A stretch of 59,883 bases of DNA, the filler included, from Squatina squatina (Eukaryota): the NCBI GenBank assembly GCA_031763465.1. It is 3 parts of 3 records of this genome, joined end to end, with 100 filler letters (N's around TTAATTAATTAA, not from the genome) between each part and the next. Parts side by side here need not be neighbours in the genome. Positions count along the whole stretch, not along the records: positions 1 to 20,925 come from JARFOE010000192.1; positions 21,026 to 40,438 come from JARFOE010000189.1; 1 more part is not named here. One strand, written 5' to 3'. Shown here one piece after another: positions 12,136 to 24,580 of this stretch (positions within the stretch are counted from its first letter, which is position 1; the number at the start of each line of letters is the position of its first letter). The notes under the pieces were generated by a model that worked only from the letters and a program-made list of their open reading frames with translations, ran no database searches and had not been told where the DNA came from. Both the position numbers and the translations under genes were made by a program.

Positions 12136-13377
12136 CCTGAAAGAGGACGCTGACATTGGTACGCCATCACCAACAGGCCCTGTGAGCAAGCATTCATCTG
12201 TTCTGCGCTCTGCGGGGTAAAGGTCATTGACCTGACGCTTTCTCACTTCTCAGATGCTGCCTGACCTGNNNNNNNNNNNNNNNNNNNNNNNNNNNNNNNN
12301 NNNNNNNNNNNNNNNNNNNNNNNNNNNNNNNNNNNNNNNNNNNNNNNNNNNNNNNNNNNNNNNNNNNNTTTTGTATTACTGTGCTTATACCATCAGTTTT
12401 GATATATTTCATATAATGAAACAATAAATATGATACCTGTTAAGCAGGTTTTTCATATACTGCATCTATGCCATGACTGAGTGAGAGTTGCTTGTCAACC
12501 ACTAAGTGATGCTCAGATTGAGCACTGGCCACATCACTGGGCATTAAGAGAAAAGCAAGCCAGCAGCATTATGTACAGTTCTGTGATAATCCAGCAAGTG
12601 TCCCAGCAATGCAGTCCTGGGTTGAAGTCTTTTACACATCTGCTCAACAGGAAGCACTCAGTCTGATGCACATCACTCATGCAGAAAAAACGTGGCAAGC
12701 AACCATTAATCATTAGACAGGTCTCTACGCTCCTGTAGTCATATTTACTAATTGCACTGTTATTCAGCATTTTGGTATGGGATGGAAACAAAGCAATAAT
12801 TAAACCAATTGTGTAAAAAGCCCACAACTTGATAATCTGTTCCAGTGCAATGCTATTGAATTTCTTGTTCAAAAACATCAATCTGGTACTATTTCAAAGC
12901 AATTTTTTTACAAGCTGCTAAATGAATAGATTGTAGAACAGCTAAAGTAATCAAACAATTTACAGTGATATATTTTGTGAACTGAGATTTATTGCCTTTC
13001 CCAGCTGAGAATGTGCCAATGGTTCATAACAGTGAAGCTGCAGTACACTTTGTTAATTCCTTTGAATTTCTCAGTGCATAATTTTTTTATCGCAATTATT
13101 ACATATTTGCTGGTTATTTGGAAAAACATATGAGCACATGTACATACCTGCAGTGCTTTTTGAAATCCTAGCACTCATACTTAACGATAATCTTGTTTAT
13201 GTTCAGTAATTGAATTGATGCAGATTGGCCACTGGAGCCTTTGTAGTGTAGCTGGTGTTTTCTGTCATGATTTATTTTGTTGGAAATTGACTGAAGTTAA
13301 TTCATATTTTGCACAAACTTATGCATTCCATTATTGCTTTCATTTCATTTAAAGGAAACCCGTTATAATTGTGACTT

Positions 13378-13589
13378 TTTTAATTTGTTCCTGGGATGTG
13401 AGTGTCGCTGGCAAGGCCAGCGTTTATCGCCCATCCCTAGTTGCCCTTGAGAAGGTGGTGATGAGCCACCTTCTTGAACTGCTGTAGTCCTTGTGGTGAA
13501 GGAACTCCCACGGTGCTGTTAGGGAGGGAGTTCCAGGATTTTGACCCAGTGACGACGAAGGAACGGCGATAGACTTCCAAGTCAGGATG
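13378..13589 (-). mobile_element. LINE 3' end (CR1/L2 group)
   Basis: RRSFVVTGSKSWNSLPNSTVGVPSPQGLQQFKKVAHHHLLKGN*; a related copy lies at ~37295-37400. Confidence 0.75.
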
Positions 13590-14207
13590 NNNNNNNNNNN
13601 NNNNNNNNNNNNNNNNNNNNNNNNNNNNNNNNNNNNNNNNNNNNNNNNNNNNNNNNNNNNNNNNNNNNNNNNNNNNNNNNNNNNNNNNNCTCTCCCACTC
13701 TATTTTCCCCCTCTTAACTAATCCCTTTGTCCGCCTTTGCTGAGTTCTAAACTGTTCCCAGAACTCAGGTATGCTGCTATAGTCTCGAACCTCCCAGAGC
13801 ATGATCTCCTGCCATTACTGCTCCACGTCCTCTGAAGTATCCAGCACTGATATGGTGGCCATGCCACAAACTTCATCAAAAGACGAATCCTACAGACAAT
13901 ATCTCCTGCTCTGGACATCATTGGAACTCTGCCAGGTTTCTGTGGTGCTTTAACACCTGGTTAAAATGGGAGAAATTAACATGATGTGAGTATGAAATAT
14001 GTCCTGCATAAATATGCATGGTTTTGCTAAGGTTCCACACACCAAGCTTTTGAAAGTGCCTTCATGGTACAGTGAGACCTGCAAATAAAATGACTGGCAA
14101 AATTAAAAGTCAATACATGAAAAATTCTATCTGTACTGGTGGTCACCTCATTATCACTTGACTTAATGTTTAATGTAAACTGCGCTGGGTGAGTNNNNNN
14201 NNNNCAG

Positions 14208-14436
14208 AAAACTGTGAGGTTGGTGGTGAATTTCCTCAGGACACAAAAAACTGTGGTGCGAGTCAGTCCACTTGTGCCTTTGCGAGATCTGCTGCCAGTT
14301 ATATGTGAAAAATGTGACTTCAGTTCAGATCACCTTGTGCTCCTGAAAGACAGCATCAGAAGAGAAAAGGTGGATCTTTCAAAATCACTGAATGATTTGG
14401 AAACCCGGGAATTATATGCTCTGGATACCAGCAGAG
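14208..14436 (+). CDS. COBL: COBL-like exon, Cobl ubiquitin-like domain
   Basis: [36 protein letters not shown]...[20 protein letters not shown]; cag| acceptor, GAG|gtgagt donor. Confidence 0.9.
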
Positions 14437-16153
14437 GTGAGTTTGTTCAGAAGCACTCCAGCTACAGTAAGTAGAACATGACATAGTTTCACCAAAACAC
14501 ATTTACTTTAAAGCTGTTTGACTGAGTGTTTAATCTTCTTTGTCTCAGCACTTTTTTCCCAGAGGAAGATTAACCTGAAATGGTTGTGTGGTAATTTTTT
14601 TTTGGGCAGATATTTGAAGTTGGTAATCCCAATTGTGGTTAACATTTATGTACAAATCTGTCCTCCCCAGCAGTCTTCTGGTGAATGAAAGGTGAACGAT
14701 AAACTTGCCACATTAATTCAAATGGAGCACCATGTCTGGAGTATGGGGTTAACTTTCTGACTTTATGCACCAGGTGGGGAGCCTTGTCTGAAAGAGTGCA
14801 ATGGGCGCACGACAGTATGTGCTCTAGGTGGGTGAGACCAGACCACTTGGAGCTCTAAGTCGAAAACTATCCCTACAATGTCTCTTGACAATATGAGAAA
14901 TCAATTATTGATCTCTCAAGATATTCTGAGCAAACTAATGTTTTGTTTTGTGAGATTGTGTGGCTTTCTGGAACAAGCTTTACATGTAAATAAGAATAGA
15001 CAGCATCCTTTTTTAGATATTTTATAGCAACGTTGTAGTAAAGAATATGTTAGTGTATTTTACTATGTACAATATTAACATTTTCCCTTCAGTGGAGTAT
15101 TAAAATTAAGATGTTTCTGTTTTGGAAGGCAGGATATGCTGTGTTATACCAACAGGATTGTACCATTTGAGACATTGGTGATGGCATTGTTAAAAAAATT
15201 AATGTGAAAAACTGTTGCCTAAGACCTGTTCTAATACCATATCATAGGATTGGACAAGAGGCAATATTGTTAAAAGACAGGGTTAGGGCACACTATTATG
15301 TTGAAATACTCGAGTGGTTAAAGGTACTCTGCGCCAGAGTTATTTAATTCTATTCTTTTAATTGACCTGTTTGTCTTCACAGTTAATTTTTTTCCCATAA
15401 ATAATGCCAGAACTACATGTCCAAAGTTTTTCAGTCCAAACACTTGCCCAAGAAGAATGTTCAGTCTGAATTTATCAAATAAATTGTTGTTACACTTTTA
15501 AAGTGTTATAACTCTTCACAAAGCTCTTGGATTGTCATCCCAAATCAGCCAGATGCATATTTGCATCTTAAATTCCAGTGAACTGTTGCTTTGATTGAAT
15601 ATAGTTCACAGTCTTATGTTACGTGATGCCTATTTAATGAATGGGCTGTGGGAAATTCTTATTGCCTTAGTTCTGGCTCAGCTTTGTACATCACTAAACT
15701 GTGCTATGACTTCAAGCAAGCATCTAAAGAAAGAAATAACTTGCATTTATATGATCCAGAACTTTTCCATTTAAAGTACTCTCACAGATTGAAATAAAAC
15801 ACATTCCATTTTTGCAAGATGAACTTTTTTTGTAGTTTTTTTATGCTTATGCTCATTATCTGTGAGCTTAAAGCCTATTTAAGATGATGATTGATGTTTG
15901 CTAACAAAATCCAATTTATGATTTATTTTGTTAATAATGNNNNNNNNNNNNNNNNNNNNNNNNNNNNNNNNNNNNNNNNNNNNNNNNNNNNNNNNNNNNN
16001 NNNNNNNNNNNNNNNNNNNNNNNNNNNNNNNNNNNNNNNTTTACCTGCATAAGAAATGTTCAAAAAAAACTTCTGGACAGTTGGAAACCTTACTCCGTGG
16101 TAGCAAGTGATGATTTGGTGAACTCAAAATTTAATTGAGGTTTATTTTAACAG

Positions 16154-16248
16154 ATTTGAGTCAAAGTGCTTTAACTATCACTGGCATGAATGAAAAGGAA
16201 GAAAAAGGGCTATTGGGCTTCTTCAAAATTGGCAAAAAGAAAACAAAG
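16154..16248 (+). CDS. COBL: COBL-like exon
   Basis: DLSQSALTITGMNEKEEKGLLGFFKIGKKKTK resembles COBL EKEKKKFLGFFK; ttaacag| acceptor, AAG|gtaagt donor; phases fit both flanking exons. Confidence 0.85.
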
Positions 16249-17119
16249 GTAAGTATGAAGTTTTTCAACTCTGTCAATCTGTGTGTCAGTGAAATATTCT
16301 TCAACTGTTTGTCCTACCTTGAATGTGTTTATTCTTTAATACATTGTCAATTTTGTTCAACAATGGATTGCCACTGTTGTACTTTTCTATTTGCCAGACA
16401 AAATGATGCTGGTAAGTATGAAGTACCCATGACATGATGACAACGATTCCCACTGAGAATCTTTCAAGGCAATTATCTGTCAGTAAGGTCAATGATAAGG
16501 TAATTGGAGTTGGAATTATTTGCTCCTGCAATTTGGTGATTATTTTATCCATTTAAAGGGAGCTCCAAAGGCAACATTGACTGTCTCTGTGGCCAAATCA
16601 TTCTCGATACTTCAGGATGATACCAGAGGGCAAAAGTAACCCCAAATTTATTTTCTTCACAAACTGCCGCCTTCATCTTTCCTCCCTTGTCCAACCAACC
16701 TCACCTGTGACAGCAGGTCTGAGGAGCTTATGAATTTCTTCTGTAAAGCTATCCCCTCTCTGATCCACCCCACAACAGTTGCATTTCCAGGTCTCATCAA
16801 CTTCTGTTTCCTGAAACCCAGTACCATTCCTCGACTTCCTCCGAACTCTCCTCCTGATCACTTAATTACTTCTCCTTAGGTTAATGCTTGCCAACCTTTC
16901 TATTTTTGGGTGCATTGTTTCCCTCCCCATTAAAACTGCTATTATCATTCTCCATTAAAATCCCACCCTCAACCTTTCCCTTCTGTCAAAATACTGCTCC
17001 ATCTCTTTTCTCCCCNNNNNNNNNNNNNNNNNNNNNNNNNNNNNNNNNNNNNNNNNNNNNNNNNNNNNNNNNNNNNNNNNNNNNNNNNNNNNNNNNNNNN
17101 NNNNNNNNNNNNNNNAGCT

Positions 17120-17524
17120 GGGGGCAAAATTGCTTCCTTTTGTAGCCCCGTTAGCACCTCCGTGGGTTGTTAACGGGGCGCTAAGTATTTTTTGCCCGAG
17201 CTGGGGGGTGTTATCGCCGTCTGAGAAATTGGTAGACAGGTCACGGAGGCGCTGGGCTGTTAGTGTCGCTGCTGGTCCAGTCGATCATGTCCCTGGCGGC
17301 TTAGTGGCGGCCATCAGGGCGCGCTGCAGAGTACGCAGCATCCTCCCCTTTAACTGAAGGGGAGGGGCATTGGAACGCAGCTCCGCAGAGTGCTGGCCTC
17401 CGAAGCGGAGCACTTGCCAGACACTGCCCCGGAAGTGNNNNNNNNNNTTCAGGGCCGGCGCTAAAAGTCCTGGTCCTGGAGAGATAGCGCCCCCCAAATG
17501 GGGCGCAGCGCAATTTTGGCACCC
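17120..17524. mobile_element. GC-rich MITE-like element with imperfect terminal inverted repeats
   Basis: Left end ggggcaaaattgc, right end gcaattttggcaccc (reverse complement gggtgccaaaattgc); CpG-rich non-coding interior; a 10-N gap lies inside. Confidence 0.5.
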
Positions 17525-17544
17525 TGATTTTTGGATCTAGACAA

Positions 17545-17746
17545 TAAAGGAGTTTGGCAGTGCTTAATGGTATATACTTCAATGCAAGGAGTGTAGTGAA
17601 TAGAGCAGATGAGCTGAAGACACAGACACATGGAAGTATGATATCATAGCTATTACCAAAACATGGCTTAAAGTAGGGCAGGAATGGCAGCTCAACATTC
17701 TTGGTTACAGAGTTTTCAGACCAGATAGAGAGGGGGATAAAAAAAG
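17545..17746 (+). mobile_element. CR1 LINE endonuclease N-terminal fragment
   Basis: YFNARSVVNRADEL...YDIIAITKTWL...GYRVF motifs with frameshifts. Confidence 0.75.
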
Positions 17747-18218
17747 NNNNNNNNNNNNNNNNNNNNNNNNNNNNNNNNNNNNNNNNNNNNNNNNNNNNNN
17801 NNNNNNNNNNNNNNNNNNNNNNNNNNNNNNNNNNNNNNNNNNNNNNTGTGTGTATTCTACAGGATGCACTTAAGCAACTCACCAAGGTTACTTCGACAGC
17901 ACCTCCCCCGCCACTCCACCTGCAGGAAGGATGAGCAATATTGTGATGAGAACACCATCACCTCCAAGAACTGCTTTGAGAATCTCACTATCCTGATTTG
18001 GACGTATTGGAAATTTTTTGTATTAAAGCAAGGATAATGTCATTTTCTGTTCTTTGTTGAGTTGAAAGCCATTTTTAACCCCAAATAATCATCCAGTACC
18101 ATAGACAGTTGATGTGACATTTTTAATAGCTAAGTAATTGTTAAAACTTATTATGCGGTTGTATGTGCATTATATCTGTAAGTCACTGGTTAATCTAATC
18201 TTTCCCTGCCAACTTCAG

Positions 18219-18407
18219 GGATTTTCAACAGCGCCATCCACACCAACTGTTAGCACACGATCAACTACTTTGAATCCATCACTGTCTGCTGGCAACATAT
18301 CAAGAATATCTCAAATGACGGACGTAAAGAAACGCAGAGCACCACCTCCGCCATCAGCTCCTCCAGAACACATCAGCATAAAGAGTGTGGATCAAAGTAC
18401 ACAAGAG
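18219..18407 (+). CDS. COBL: COBL-like exon with second KRAP motif
   Basis: GFSTAPSTPTVSTRSTTLNPSLSAGNIS...DVKKRRAPPPP, closer to COBL (RSLTLGPSLSLGSIS..KKRRAPPPP) than COBLL1; canonical splice sites, phase 0/0. Confidence 0.9.
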
Positions 18408-19029
18408 GTAATGATACATTGAGTGCATTAAACAAAATCTTCATGTTAAATATTGGAGAATCACCAATATTCTCATGTTTCCCCATTCATAACCAGATTA
18501 ATTATAATAAAATGATAAAACCACAAGGTTTGCATAGAATCCCTTCTCTTGGAATCATGAATTGCTGATAAGCTTAGAGTTAAGCTTTTCATGCTGTTAC
18601 TGTATGCCTTTCTGGTGTCTCCTGAGTCTGTCTCTGGTAGGCATGTGATTCAGACTAGCAGAAAGAAAACTGCAATGGAGGAAAGTGAGAAAGACAAAAA
18701 ATAAATGGAGGCAGAAGAGAATGAGTGATACAAATGTGAACCCAGGACAGAAACATGAGCAGAAATGGAGATAGAAGGAGTAGGTAGACTCAAACGGATA
18801 GTAAGAAGAAAAGGGAGAAATCCAGAGGGAAAAATCAATGGATAAAATCAGTGATACTAAAGAAAGAAGAAGAAATCTGACTTTTAAATAAATCATTACT
18901 GTATATTGGTGTAGTGAACATCGCAATGCTAATTTAGATGACTGTGTTCCATCATTTGATGCCTGAAGTCCAAACTGGTTCAGCAAGTTTTATCCAGTGA
19001 GGATCTAAGAAAGGGGCCATGTTCAATGA

Positions 19030-19330
19030 CCAGTCTTTAATGAGTTAGCTGAACTAATTCAGGGCAGCAGTCGGGGTGCTGTAGTTAGTCTCAGTGCCCC
19101 CATGATAGTGAGGGGAGTATTGGTTAGGGTACTCACTCCAGATCGCCAATTTGTGACATTTGCTTGAAATGCGCTTGCAAATATTGGGTGGGATCAGGAT
19201 CTCTGCTGTGATGCTCCTTGAGGCTGAATAGCCTGCTGATGATCACTGCCCAGCCTCACGTGTGAACAGTAGCGACTAGATTGAGGTGCTGAGGGTGCCC
19301 TGAGCCTGTAATCCAGCCAAAGTGAGCACC
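19030..19330 (+). repeat. Old SINE-like interspersed repeat copy
   Basis: Shares gagttagctga...cagtgcccc...ggatcagg blocks with copies at ~31640-31960, ~45425-45560, ~57150-57245 and ~27320-27425 (-). Confidence 0.55.
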
Positions 19331-19629
19331 CATCAGAACCTGAAACCTTCCACCTACCCCATCTCTTCTAATGCATATGAATCTTTCATTAAATTCTCTT
19401 CTATTCTGTGTAAGCTTATTTGTTTTTAATATTGATCTTTTCCTAAAACATCAAAATGATAAATGCTATGAAGTGGAATTGATGCACAATATGAAGAACA
19501 TGGTTCATATTTATATTTATGCCATAATAAATGGTTGCTATAAGCATCCTTCTGTCTACTACTGTTACAATTTTCAGTCATTTGTTAAAATACAGTGGTT
19601 CTCACTTCATTCTTCCTCCTCTTGTCCAG

Positions 19630-19833
19630 GACTACGACCTGTGTGTCAACTGCCACAACATTAAAGGCCATGAGCACAAAATGGTTAAATGGGGCTTGGG
19701 ACTAGACGACGAGAGCAGTAACCAACCAGATCCGCTTTCCAAGAGCCCGCAAGAGTCTCGCCGCCTCAGCATCCAACGTTGCATCCAGTCTTTGGTCCAC
19801 GCCTGTCAGTGCCGCAACGCCCACTGCTCGTTG
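19630..19833 (+). CDS. CREBBP: Start of CREBBP terminal exon (end of ZZ finger, start of TAZ2), truncated by gap
   Basis: cttcctcctcttgtccag| acceptor; DYDLCVNCHNIKGHEHKMVKWGLGLDDESSNQPDPLSKSPQESRRLSIQRCIQSLVHACQCRNAHCSL; MVKWG and SKSPQES match CBP rather than p300. Confidence 0.9.
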
Positions 19834-20925
19834 NNNNNNNNNNNNNNNNNNNNNNNNNNNNNNNNNNNNNNNNNNNNNNNNNNNNNNNNNNNNNNNNNNN
19901 NNNNNNNNNNNNNNNNNNNNNNNNNNNNNNNNNGACTATATTATCTAAGTTTGTTTTGAACAGTTGTGCTATGAAGTATGTTCTTTAATGAAATAAGCAT
20001 GATAGAAGTTTCTTACTTTAAGAGTTTCAGCAAACGTTTTACAGGTGTTGTTATAATCTTTCAATTTATATTTATAAAATGTTAAACCTTGCATATATAA
20101 TCAATGCAGTGCCATCTGGGACACTTTTAAACATATACAGTAACACTTTTTCCCAGTTTTATTTTTCATATGGGTAATGGAGATGATTACATTGTATTCT
20201 GCAGAACAGAGGAAGTGTATTCCTCAGCCAAAACAAACATCCGTGGACCATTATAGTCCAAGAGTTTTAATACATGTGAAAATATTTGGTGTTAAAGCAC
20301 AACTTCCTCAGTGGAAATGGTAAGTAATAATGGGATCCAGTACAGAGAGGAAATCTCAGCTATTCTCAACATTTAAATGACTTGGATGTTTATGGGAAGT
20401 TTCCTGTCTTACCCTGAAACATAACAAAGTTAAAATATCTGAAGGTGATTTGAATGACTAAATACTTGCATAAAGGATGTGGCGCAAGAAATATTTAAAA
20501 TACATTTTTGACCATTTAATATTCTACCAAAACTGCAGGAAAATTAATATGGCCAGAGTTTCTAATTAAGCCAGAATGTAAGAAAACTTTAAATTCTAGA
20601 TTGAATGTTCTGTAATAGCAAATCCACAGAATGGCAATCAAATAAAACATTAGGCCAATGTAGTATAATTTCTAATGCCTGTTGATTTTAATAATTGTAT
20701 ATAAGCTGTTTTGAAATAAATAACAATTTACAGGACTATGTTGAATCCTTTATACTTTTCCAAATAATTGTTTTGTACCTGAAGCAATTTCTTCAGGAAA
20801 TTTGATATTTCCAAAGAATATTTGGCTTCTATTTTCTTGTCATATCTCTTAATATAATGTAACATAATAAGAAATAGGAGCAGGAGTAGACCATTCGGCC
20901 CCTTGAGCCTGCTCTGCCATTCAAT

Positions 20926-21025
20926 NNNNNNNNNNNNNNNNNNNNNNNNNNNNNNNNNNNNNNNNNNNNTTAATTAATTAANNNNNNNNNNNNNNNNNNN
21001 NNNNNNNNNNNNNNNNNNNNNNNNN
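20926..21025. other. Artificial scaffold-joining spacer (44N + TTAATTAATTAA + 44N)
   Basis: 12-mer at 20970-20981 has stops in all six frames; exactly 100 bp in total; identical construct at 40439-40538. Confidence 0.95.
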
Positions 21026-22122
21026 TTATGCGGGCTTACAATGTGCAGCCCCATAACCAGCTTTTGCGGTGTCTCCTCGGCTGTGTGGGAATATCGTTCC
21101 CACCCGGGAGATCGCAATTTCAGGGCCGATATCTTTATTCAGTCTGGTCGAAATAGCATATGTTTTTTGGCATGAACAATACTGGTCCATTTGGTGTTCA
21201 AATGAACCATCCCTTATAATTATCTTAATTGTGTTCCAGTCAGCTGGCACTCTTCAATTAGACTTGCATTTAATCTTGTGTAGATGATGAAGAGTTGCAG
21301 TAATTACTGTAAATGTTGAATTACCCCCCAGCGGTAACATCCCATAATCAGTTGTAAATATACAGTAACATTACTCCATACGGAATGACCCAGCAAAATT
21401 ATGCATTTTGTTATTTGTCCTGTTTCTCCATTACATTAGCTTTTTGTTTTACCCTGTCTTCTTCTAGTTACCTTCATTTTTTTCAGTTGCAGTATCTAGT
21501 AGTGTAAGAATTAGCTATAAATAACATCTGTATTGTAATAAACCTTCAAAAATGTGGACTCTGCTTTGATCAACCTGATCAAGAAAATTTACAGTTCAAA
21601 TAGCAACTGTAGTATAATGCCCAGAAGCAATGTTGTCTCTTTTAAATGGGTTCCTGTGCATTCGTCTCACCAGCGCCATTCTATAATGATTTAAGTGGCA
21701 ATGGCAATCTCAGTGACTTTAATTCAGCTAATGCAATCTCGACATTGATGTTAATGGAGGGGCAGGGCTGTGAGAATTAGCTTGCCTGCTTCGGCACAGC
21801 AAGAGTCTCGGGAAATTATGGACTGGCATAAGTAATGAGATTATTACACCATCATTTCCCAGGACTTTTGCGCCACAAATTGGGCACTGTGATACTAATG
21901 CACCATTAAAATGGCACAAAACTCCAGGAAACTCTGGGCTACTTTCTGGTCACTTATCTCATTGCTTTTTGTGGGGCTTTCCTGTGCACAAACAAACTGC
22001 CACATTTCCCTAGATTACACCANNNNNNNNNNNNNNNNNNNNNNNNNNNNNNNNNNNNNNNNNNNNNNNNNNNNNNNNNNNNNNNNNNNNNNNNNNNNNN
22101 NNNNNNNNNNNNNNNNNNNNNN

Positions 22123-22230
22123 GGGACGACCATTTTTACTGGCTTCTCTGGAAGAAATGGAGCAACTGACATAGATGATGGCCCGAATGGACAGATTGAA
22201 TATGTTATTCAGCATAATCCAAATGATCCA
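22123..22230 (+). CDS. PCDH15: Protocadherin-15 exon (EC2), 5' end in gap
   Basis: [36 protein letters not shown]|gtatgt, near-identical to PCDH15 EC2. Confidence 0.95.
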
Positions 22231-22879
22231 GTATGTATCACATAGCAGGTTTATTTTCTTTCTCCAAAAATCTGCTAGTGAAGTTAAATATCTGGCAGGA
22301 AACTGCACAACAAAACATTAAGTGCAAATTTTCAGGAGTCCTGGCTTTAGCTAGGGTTTCCTGTGGATTTGTTTGGGGGCAGAACCTATGCCCACCCTAA
22401 ACAAGGCCTTTGATGCAGAGTGGGTGGTGTTGAGGGTAGGGATTCCTCACACAAGGAATTCCTGTGTCCTCAGCCTTGCAGGGACCTGATGTAAGTTTGG
22501 GTATATGGGTTAAGAAGAAGCGTAATGGCCTCCTAATAGTCGAAGTGAATACCATCTGGTGGTGAAGGGGTCCAGGGCAGGTCCATGGTCCGCACCCCGG
22601 AAGAGGAGGTAAGGGGGTACAGGGCCACAGATTGGCATTTCCCGGAGGGGAGTGGGAGGGGGTGGGAGCAGCCAGTGCCTTCACCTCCAGCCACCCTGGC
22701 TGCAATTTACAGCCTCCTGGAGCAGTGGGCAACTCGGGTTGTAGGATGCTGCTGTACTGGCACGGGCATCCGCCGGTACCATGTAAATAAGGTGGTCTTT
22801 CTTTGACCCCCACATACTCTGGTAGGGTCAGTGATGGTGGTCACCCATGGGCACAGTACTGGCAGAACGTGTTAAACCT

Positions 22880-23440
22880 ATATATAAATCACTGGTTCGA
22901 CCTTAGCTGGAGTATTGTGTCCAATTCTGGGCATAGGAAGGATGTGAATGACTTGGATAGGGTGCAGAAGAGATTTACGAGAACGCTACCAGGGATTGAT
23001 GGACTTCAGTTATGTGGAGAGACTAGAGAAGCTGGGATTGTTCTCCTTAGAGCAGAGAAGGTTAAGGGGAGATTTAATAGCGGCATTCAAAATTATGAGA
23101 GGTTTTAATGGAGTAGATGGGGAGCAGTTGTTTCCACTGGCAGGAGGGTCGCTAGTCAGAGGACAGAGATTTAAGATAATTGGCTGAAGAACCAAGGGGG
23201 AGATGAGGAGACATTTGTTTACACAGCGAGTTATTATGATCTGGAAAGCGCTGCTTGAAAAGGTGGTGGAAGCATATTCAACAGTAACTTTCAAAAAGGA
23301 ATTTGATAAAAAGTTTAAAAGGAAAAAAATTGCAGGGCTGTGGGGAAAGAGCAGAGGAGTGGGATTAATTGGATAGCTCTTTCAAAGATCTGGCACAGGC
23401 ATGATGGGCCGATTGGTCTCCTTCTGTGCTGTAAGTTTCT
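22880..23440 (+). mobile_element. CR1 LINE 3' end with 3' UTR
   Basis: LDRVQKRFTR..SYVERLEKLGLFSLEQRRLRGDLIAAFKIMRGF...LFPL, followed by a typical CR1 3' UTR. Confidence 0.9.
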
Positions 23441-24270
23441 ATGGTAACTGCCGGGGTCACATCCCCGAATAATTTCGAGCAGATTTTACTTATGATTTCT
23501 GCCTCCCAAGAAGGGAATCTAAAGCTGGAGCTCTCTACTACTATCGCCACTTGATGATTTTCATGTGGAATTTCCTCGGCAATATCTTGCTAAATGAATG
23601 CCGTAACTTTGGCAGAAACCATGGATGGATGCATAAACGTGGATTCTGCTGATCTTGCAGAAACCCCAAGGAAATCCCAGTGATTGTCTTCGAACATTTG
23701 CCAGGTTTTTCTTAAGTTTTCACTATTTTAACTTTTTCATGGGCTGATTTTTTTTTTAATGCAAATCCAGGGAATGAAATTCTTGGTACAGAACCAGCTT
23801 TGCAAACTTACAACCTGGCTGCTGTCTCTTTATTTTCAGAACATAAATACAAATGTACTTTTAACATTTTGTTGATTGTATTTGTTTTAAGTACCGACGC
23901 CAGATATATAATTTTTTAAAACTGGCTGCAGGTCGTTCCAAATTAGTTAATTTTCTCATGCTGTGAACAGCGCTGCTTTTTAAATAGAAACAAATAAAAT
24001 GCAAGGGCTCCAGTTTTTACAATGTGACCTGTGAATCAACCTTGATTTTAAATATCATCTTTATTATTAAGCAGCTGGCTGGTTAGATATGATAAATGTC
24101 TCGCTTTCACCATGTAGCTTTCAGGCGAGACCATTGAGCCATGCCAAAAGTTGATGAGCAAGACACTCTTNNNNNNNNNNNNNNNNNNNNNNNNNNNNNN
24201 NNNNNNNNNNNNNNNNNNNNNNNNNNNNNNNNNNNNNNNNNNNNNNNNNNNNNNNNNNNNNNNNNNNNNN

Positions 24271-24535
24271 TCTTAGGCAGTCCCTCGGGGTCGAGGATGA
24301 CTTGCTTCCACTCCGGAGTTGTGGGTTCTGAGGTGGCTGAAAAGTCCAATGCGGGAACCGCAAACACGGCCGCAGGTGGGGCAGGTGATACTTGATAAGA
24401 TGAGTGGCAGGGATGAGTGTGTTGCTGCGCGCTCCTTCCTCTGCCGATGTTTGTCCTCACCGTGCTTCCGGAGAGACTCGAAACGGTTGGTGCGGTCATG
24501 GATGGCTCTTCTCCATTGCGGGCGATCCTGGGCCT
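24271..24535 (-). mobile_element. RTE-clade LINE 3' end
   Basis: AQDRPQWRRAIH...TCPTCGRVCGSRIGLFSHLRTH; same family as 11678-12135. Confidence 0.85.
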
Positions 24536-24580
24536 GTAATTCTATGAAACACACTCAGGACTTTTTTCATTGATTCACAG

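Noticed and set aside
18640-18880. Hydrophobic 129-aa ORF (18597-18986, -)
   Set aside because: Translation of a decayed GA-rich low-complexity tract; no splice sites or domain.
20970-20981. TTAATTAATTAA as a homeodomain site or piggyBac TTAA target
   Set aside because: Centred in exact 44-N flanks twice; a synthetic linker.
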